A stretch of 40,760 bases of DNA. It comes from Halocafeteria seosinensis. Its lineage: Eukaryota. Shown here piece after piece: positions 34,000-40,760 of the stretch (within the stretch, counting starts at the first letter, position 1; each line of letters begins with the position of its first letter). The position numbers and the translations under genes are program-made. The DNA lies in contig LVLI01000124.1 of NCBI GenBank assembly GCA_001687465.1, positions 1 through 40,760 on the forward strand. The letters run 5' to 3'. Under the pieces are notes generated by a model, which was not told where the DNA came from, made no database searches, and saw nothing but the letters and a program-made list of their open reading frames with translations.

Positions 34000-34704
34000 T
34001 TGCTCCTATACAGCCACTCCCACTACCCCTACACAAACCTACTCGAACTAAGATATGCATGTACGTGTATACATCGAGGGTGCTTATTTTTGTCGTCGGG
34101 TGAAACAACACTGACTGATGGTTGGATATAGGTGGTTTTGTGAAGATCAGGAAGATATACACCATATCATCCTATACATACATAATGAGAGAGAAGTGTA
34201 AGTTAGCTTAGTCTAGCTAGCTGTATTTGATTTTCCGAATTGTCAACGAAGAGATTTAGGCGCTCTTCGCTTACGCGGAATGGAACAGTTCTTGACATTC
34301 TGGGTTGTACGATTGGATACGATAAAACAAATCAGATAAAACCAAAAGCATCATATTACAGAGAAAATTTAAAAACAGTTCCAACCCAAAGTCACACTGA
34401 ATTCGCTGCCTCCTTGGAGGCTGTCAGAGGATTTTCAGAACGAGTCTCGGTAGCTGTGTCGTTTTGCTTCCGGCGTCGAATTTCCCATTTCATAAGAAGT
34501 CCGAGAACAATAGCGTAGAGAAGCACAGAAATGGCAATGCCAGTGGCACCGCCGGTACTCATTCCATTGTGAGTGACTTCAAGGTCCTCCGGCAGTTGAC
34601 CTCCCTGTGGAGAAATCCGTGTAGACGAAACTATGGGACCGTCGGCGGGCGTGGATTGTGGGGGCGCACATGAAGAAGTTGCCATGGGGCTGTCAATTGA
34701 AACA

Positions 34705-34820
34705 GATGGGGTCGATGTCGTCGACCTTGGTGATAGAGTAGATGTCGTCGACATTGGTGATGGAGTAGATGTCGTCGACATTGGTGATGGAGTAGATGTC
34801 GTCGACATTGGTGATGGGGT
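34705..34820 (-). repeat. Four 27-bp coding tandem repeats (STTSTPSPM) in the stalk of paralog 3
   Basis: GATGTCGTCGAC at 34714, 34741, 34768 and 34795. Confidence 0.95.
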
Positions 34821-35342
34821 AAAAGATGGTGGCAGTTGGAAGCGCAGAATGGGCAGATTCTCCTCATAATGCTTATTGTGCTCATTGATACTACTTCCTC
34901 CATCCGGAGCCCATACGTCATCAGACCATCGTTGCAACCCCTCATAGTGATACAGCGTTCCGAGAATGTTGGACAAATCATCTGAGTTTCCTATCTCTGT
35001 AAAATTACCACTATTGCCAGAGTCCTCACCAACAATCGAACCATTGAATACGGAGTATTTCACTTGAATAATGCCGTTGGCATCGCCACTCCCTATGCGT
35101 CCTATAATCCCACCAGCACTCCCAGCAGTGATTATTCCTGATGCATACGTATTTGTGATGTATACTTCCCCTCCCCCGCCAATACCTCCTGTACTGTCTC
35201 CTGTAATACCTCCTGCTACGTTGCCACTAATATCTCCTCGTGTATAACAGTCGACAATGTGAACTTTACCCTGATCGAGTGCTAGATTATCTCCACTTAT
35301 CCCTCCACTACCATCTGTAGATATATGTCCCAGGCTATAGCA

Positions 35343-35438
35343 TTCCTTAACACGGGCGCTTACCGCTCCTCGTTAAGAGGATGTGGTCAACTTCCCGGCC
35401 GGTGGGCTATCTGTCACATTTGTGTGTGTGTGTTCCTT
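35343..35438 (+). mobile_element. 84-bp retroposed insertion with (TG)6 tail and 6-bp target-site duplication
   Basis: TTCCTT at 35343-35348 and 35433-35438 flanks 35349-35432, which ends in TGTGTGTGTGTG. The insert is absent at the equivalent site (IKEC) in paralogs 1 and 2. Confidence 0.88.
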
Positions 35439-36829
35439 GATAAACACGAGTCCATTGGTAGGCCCAGCACCACGACCAACAATACCACCACTGTTTGCAC
35501 CCAGAATGTCTCCTGTGGAATAAGAACGAGCAATATACACTTGACCGTTCGTAAAACCAGCACCAGATCCACAGATACCACCCGCGTATTCGCTTTCAAT
35601 ATCCCCAGTTGAATAACAATCTGTGATATTGACAATCCCGTTACGGTATCCTACCCAACCTCCTGTAATGCCACCTCCAAAAGCACCCCGTATCCTCCCT
35701 GTTGAATACGAATTCGATATCTTGACTTGGCCATGACTGAGACCACTTTGATAACCACATATACCACCAGCGAGGTCACCATCAATAAATCCTGAAGAAC
35801 TACATGAATCAATGACGATGAACTTCTGCTGTTTTCGAGCAATGAAGCCACCTTTTCTGGCAGTTAATCCGTACCTAACATCAAGATTCTGAATCAAGGG
35901 GGCTTTGTCGAACGACATGACACTTTCCATTATCTTAAACAATCCGACGAAATTTGTCATTTCAATCAAATTTATCAGATTCCCCTTCTGTCGACCACCA
36001 TCAAATACCTCATTCGCACCCAATGAAATGTAATCTTGATTTCGGTACCCACGAAGACCCCATACCAATTCACTACAATTCATTTCAAAAAGGTTGCGAT
36101 GCGGGCTATACTGGAAGCAGCCTTCGTTTCCGTTCAGTATTGAGGATCGCAAATCTTCGGCCTTCACATTTTGCAACTGATCGCAGAGATGTATTGCAAG
36201 TAATAGAGCCGTCACTAATGACAGAGTAGCCGTGGGTTGAGTATAAGCTAGAGGCTTCTCACGCTGTTTGTGTTTTGCGGTAGAACCCTGCGGAAAAAGG
36301 GTACAACAGAAGGGAGATTTGCAATGCAAGACGGGACAAAAAGTCATGCTTCCGAAGTTGTTTCCACAAACAAGTTGCAAACATTCTTCTTCTGGAGTAC
36401 GGACATTTTTCCCATACAGTCGGAAGCGTGGTAGAGTCACCAGCAGTAACCATGACGCAAGCACCACCTGAAGACTGAAGCGGGCAAATAGCACTTGCGC
36501 TTCTGCGAAGAGACCCAAGTCATGACATCCTAGGGGCATTGGTATGCACTCTGCAGAATTTGATTTTCGTAGAATCAGAAAGGTGAGGTTCCTTCTTCGC
36601 CAAGTTAGTTCACTCTCTCCAGTCGCTTCTAATTCCTTAGCAACGTCTCCAGCATTCTCGCCCACGCGACATTGAGTTGAGCCAGCTGTCCGCATACCTA
36701 TGGTATTCGCAAACTTTGAAGCAGTAATAAATCTGGAGTATTGGACATTCAAGTCGTCGTCGTTTGGGGGCATCTCCAATTTTGTTCTCGAGCTCAGGTT
36801 ACTGCCAAATGTACGAGAAATCGGACAAA

Positions 36830-36912
36830 GTATCCCGGGATGCTCTCCGACAGTATCCCGGGATGCGCTGCCCCGAGTATCCCGGGATGCTCTGTCCGGG
36901 TATCCCGGGATG
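36830..36912. repeat. Four copies of the palindrome-cored motif GTATCCCGGGATG at 23-24 bp spacing
   Basis: Copies start at 36830, 36853, 36877 and 36900. The core ATCCCGGGAT is a perfect palindrome. Confidence 0.92.
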
Positions 36913-37589
36913 GTCTTTTTGGAATCGCCCCCCAAAAACATTTACAGTTGTATAACCTGGCTGGAATGTATCGTACAACCATACAAAGTATATGTACATG
37001 TAGTGTAATCAGATATCTTGTATTTCGGTACGTTTCAAGATGGGGTTCTTAATTATACATGAATGTGACGGCAATACGTGGGCGAAGATGAAGCTCGGAG
37101 CCGAGACAGTCTGGCGAGAAGGGCTCATATGCAATATGTAAGGTGCCAATCTCTGAAATATTTGGTGAATATGTCAATACTTGTGTGTTTAACACATTGG
37201 AAAGCGCAGACTAGTTTGATTTCACTGGGGATACGATTCATTCTCTGGTTCCAGAGACTCTCCTCCTGTGAAGTCGAGAGCCATGAGAGAGACCCGGAAA
37301 ACCCGGTCAGAAAGCACCATTATCTTCGGATTGTTCGTGTAACAATCGGCTCCCACCCTTTTCCACTCATATGGGTATCGTATCATGCCTTCAGATGGAT
37401 GCTAAATTAGCTGCTGTAGCTGCATGAGCTCCGAGAGACTGTTGAAGTTGCACGGCTACGCGGCGCAGAAATACAGGGAACTTTACGGCGGCCAAACAAC
37501 ACTTACAGCCCATTTTTTGCCCTTTCAATTAAACCTTCTCAATTCCTGAACAAATTTTCTTATCATGATCCCTAGTTTGGGTTGTTTGC

Positions 37590-39252
37590 GTTCGGGGGAT
37601 ACCATGAATGTTGTCGCTGATTTCTCCTTAGGAAGGTGGGAAACGGAGCTCCGTAATTGGCCAAATGGAGTGCGCTCGTACTCAGCGATGGATTTATCCG
37701 ACGCTTTGAGATCATGAATTCCGCTTTAATATTGATTGGGTTAGAGTGTACAATGGTTGAATGCTTTCTCAGTTAAGGCGGATAGCCTAAAGCATAGCCC
37801 CCCAAAATAGGTGACTTGGTTGAAGTCGGACGCGGGAAGGCAGGCATTTTCAATTGGAAGATGAGGGACACTATGGAGTATATATGGTGATATACCTGGT
37901 AAATACATTTTTGTTTCGCATATAATATTGTGTTTATGCAACAGGGTGGAACTCATGTCCGTAGGGATACCATGAAATATTTAGGTAAAACTCTCCCTCT
38001 GTCCGGATTACCAGAGAAGAAACAGTGGCTGTTGTAAACGGCCTTGTACTCGGCGATGGATTTATCCGATGCTTTGAGATTGTCAATGCAGCTTTGATAT
38101 TGACTGGTTTAGAGTGTACAATGGTTGAATACTTTCTCAGTTAAGGCGGATAGCCTAAAGCATAGCCCCCCAAAATAGGTGACTTGGTTGAAGTCGGACG
38201 CGGGAAGGCGGGCATTTTCAATTGGAAGTTGAGGGACACTATGGAGTATATATGGTGATATACCTGGTAAATACATTTTTGTTTCGCCTATAATATTGTG
38301 TTTATGCAACAGGGTGGAACTCATGTCCGTAGGGATACCATGAAATATTTAGGTAAAACTCTCCCTCTGTCCGGACTACCAGAGAAGAAACAGTGGCTGT
38401 TGTAAACGGCCTTGTACTCGGCGATGGATTTATCCGATGCTTTGAGATTGTCAATGCAGCTTTGATATTGACTGGTTTAGAGTGTACAATGGTTGAATAC
38501 TTTCTCAGTTAAGGCGGATAGCCTAAAGCATAGCCCCCCGAAATAGGTGACTTGGTTGAAGTCGGACGCGGGAAGGCGGGCATTTTCAATTGGAAGTTGA
38601 GGGACACTATGGAGTATATATGGTGATATACCTGGTAAATACATTTTTGTTTCGCCTATAATATTGTGTTTATGCAACAGGGTGGAACTCATGTCCGTAG
38701 GGATACCATGAAATATTTAGGTAAAACTCTCCCTCTGTCCGGATTACCAGAGAAGAAACAGTGGCTATTGTTAACGGCCTTGTACTCAGCGATGGGTGTA
38801 TCCGACCCTTTGACATTATGAATTCAGCTTTAGTATTGATTGGGTTAGAGTGTACAATGGTTGGATGCTTTCCGGGTTAAGGCGGATAGCCTAAGGCATA
38901 GACCCCCAAAATAGGTTATTTGGTTGAAGTCGGACGTGGGAAGGCGGGCACTTTCAGTTGGAAGATGAGGGACACTATGGAGTATATATGGAGATAGGAC
39001 TGGTACATACATTTTACGTACGCATATAATATTTTGTTTATGCAACAGGGTGGAACTCATGTCGATAGGGATACCACGAGATTTTTAGGTAAAACTCTCC
39101 CTCTCCCTGGATTCCCAGAGAAGAAAAGTGGCTATTGTAAAGGGCCTTGTACTCAGCGATGGGTGTATCCGACCCTTTGACATTATGAATACAGCATTAG
39201 TATTGACTGGTTTAGAGTGTACAATGGTTGGATCTTTTTCGGTTAAGGCGGA
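37590..39252. repeat. 368-bp tandem satellite, about 4.5 units
   Basis: Marker TTAGAGTGTACAATGGTTG at 37741, 38109, 38477, 38845 and 39212. Central units are nearly identical and the edge units are diverged. Confidence 0.97.
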
Positions 39253-39315
39253 GACGGTACAATTGCAAGTTTTACTGGGGACGAATTTACAGCACGCTTG
39301 ACTTTGGTACTTCGG

Positions 39316-40250
39316 CTATCTTGTATCTTCTGCAAATGCCTTGATCAACTGTAGAGCTATATTAGCTCTTTCGACGTCGATTGTCTCTTGGGAGAAATCA
39401 AACGGGAGGTCCCATGCTAGAGAACGCATCACGCAGGCGACTAGAGGCCCGCAATCAATATGGTTACGTTGCGTTGGGCAAACACCTGCACCTACCTCTT
39501 GGATGCTGTCCAAAGCTGAAGGAACATGCATGGACAGGAAAGATGGTCCGGAAGACTGACTAAGAGGAAACAAACCATTCAAGTACTCCCTTAATGAGCC
39601 GAAACAGTGATAGGAATGATTTTCTACTTTCCGCACTCCACCGCTTGTGGCAGCCTCCAACTTCCATCCTGGTTTAGAGTATCCACCTACAATGAATTCT
39701 GCATGAATAGCTGAATGCAAAGGAAACAAAATACAAAGTAAGGATTTAGAGCGCCAATAGTGTTCCCACCAGCATTGCACACAAAAGGCATCTCCACTTT
39801 GAACATTGCTGGCCCTCTACACTCCCCAAAGCCTTTCGTCCAAGACCCAAAGTCTGAGGTTATCCGGGGCACCGTAATCCCAATTACGTACACGTATAGA
39901 ATCGACAGGCAACTGTGATGGTGATTTGTGGAAATAAACCTTTAGGACTCATGCACTCCGTATGCCCGAACTCAATAAGGTTAGAGCTGCACTCTTCTCC
40001 CCTCGCGAACTTCAGCAGAAGACTTCGATTTCACAACACTCTTTGGGAGTATCCGTCTTCGACGAATTTCACTTGAATGGATGCGATCAAAAGGATTTTC
40101 AATATAGAAGAAGGAACGAGAGCCCCCGCAGTTTTTCCCTGCCTCGATTTGACTTAGAAAGCATGTATAACTTTCCAGGTTTGTTGCCTCGATACTCGTC
40201 CGAAAGCCTGCATTTACGATACTATTTTGGAGGTATCTCTTACCCCAATA
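39316..40250 (-). pseudogene. Ulp1/C48-family cysteine protease, decayed (probably transposon-associated)
   Basis: 'CPTQRNHIDCGPLV...PFDFSQETIDVERANIALQLI' matches Q.N..DCG. His region 'ILFPLHSAIHAEFIV'; 'CFGSL' where DSL is expected. A separate upstream frame has 'RYLQNSIVN' (WLND..IN-like), with stops or frameshifts in between. Confidence 0.72.
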
Positions 40251-40760
40251 CTCCCGATTAATGTTGCATACAGCGGAATGATGTTACTTAGAGTTTGATT
40301 CAAATCAAACGTTGCATTTGGAGATCGGTACGTCTCAAGTTAGACGTGGTACAGAACTCTCATTTCGCCACCCGCGCTGGTTCGGCGGTCTCCGAGTCCA
40401 TCATCAGGACTAGGAGTATCCAACTCTGCCAAATCCAGAAAAACATTTCCTCCAGCAAAGATATTATGAATTCCCATATGATATTCAAAATACTGGTCCA
40501 GGACTCCTAATAGAACATAGATAAACAGTCTTGTACCGAACCCGCTTTTCCGCTGGCAGCGCAGCCGGATTCCGAGGAAAAAGCCATCGTCGTCTAAACC
40601 TCGTTTCAAAGTATCCCCGATGACGGACGCCACAAAGCATCACCAACAAACACAGATGAACGTACGTTGTAAAGGAATTCACGCAAAGGAGATGCCCGAC
40701 ACCTCTATCCTGGGTGCTCTACGGCGTTGGAATTTCTGCATATTTCGCAGTCAGGGGCGT

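Larger units (their letters stand above)
34392..36941 (-). pseudogene. GLUG-motif beta-helix type-I membrane protein (paralog 3), interrupted by a short insertion
   Basis: ORF 35373-36941 and the frame 35342-34392 are collinear with paralogs 1 and 2 (...VFIKE|CYSLG...). C-terminal TM 'ATGIAISVLLYAIVLGLLM' followed by RRRK. The insertion introduces a TAA. The true start codon is uncertain. Confidence 0.82.

Noticed and set aside
36830..36912. CRISPR-like appearance of palindromic repeats with variable linkers
   Set aside because: Repeats of 13 bp and spacers of about 10 bp are far too short, the context is eukaryotic and no cas genes are present.
37741..39060. Four near-identical 71-aa ORFs, and GT-AG intron-like segments on the plus strand of the 368-bp unit
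   Set aside because: I could not build a continuous spliced frame and the peptide has no recognisable features, so it is treated as non-coding satellite.

Overview
This is eukaryotic (protist-like) genomic DNA with short GT-AG introns. Compact housekeeping genes alternate with repeat- and mobile-element-rich accessory tracts. Recognisable genes are a 3'-truncated DENN-domain gene, SPC25 (7 exons), a BAH-ELM2-SANT-zinc finger-PAH chromatin corepressor, RCE1, a PAP2 lipid phosphate phosphatase and ALG8. Accessory genes include three intronless GLUG-motif beta-helix surface-protein paralogs whose differences concentrate at equivalent loop positions; one is interrupted by an 84-bp insertion with a 6-bp TSD. 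An intronless 24-aa-LRR gene and a decayed membrane-anchored P-loop NTPase lie nearby. Two AT-rich foreign islands share a 15-bp left-junction motif, and the larger one looks like a virophage/Polinton-like terminal fragment. Other elements are three 3' ends of a CRE-like RLE non-LTR retrotransposon, a 198/185-bp dimeric satellite beside a kinesin-12/HMMR tail fragment, and a 368-bp satellite beside a decayed Ulp1-like protease. No rRNA, tRNA or CRISPR array was found. All calls come from reading motifs by eye; no database searches were run.
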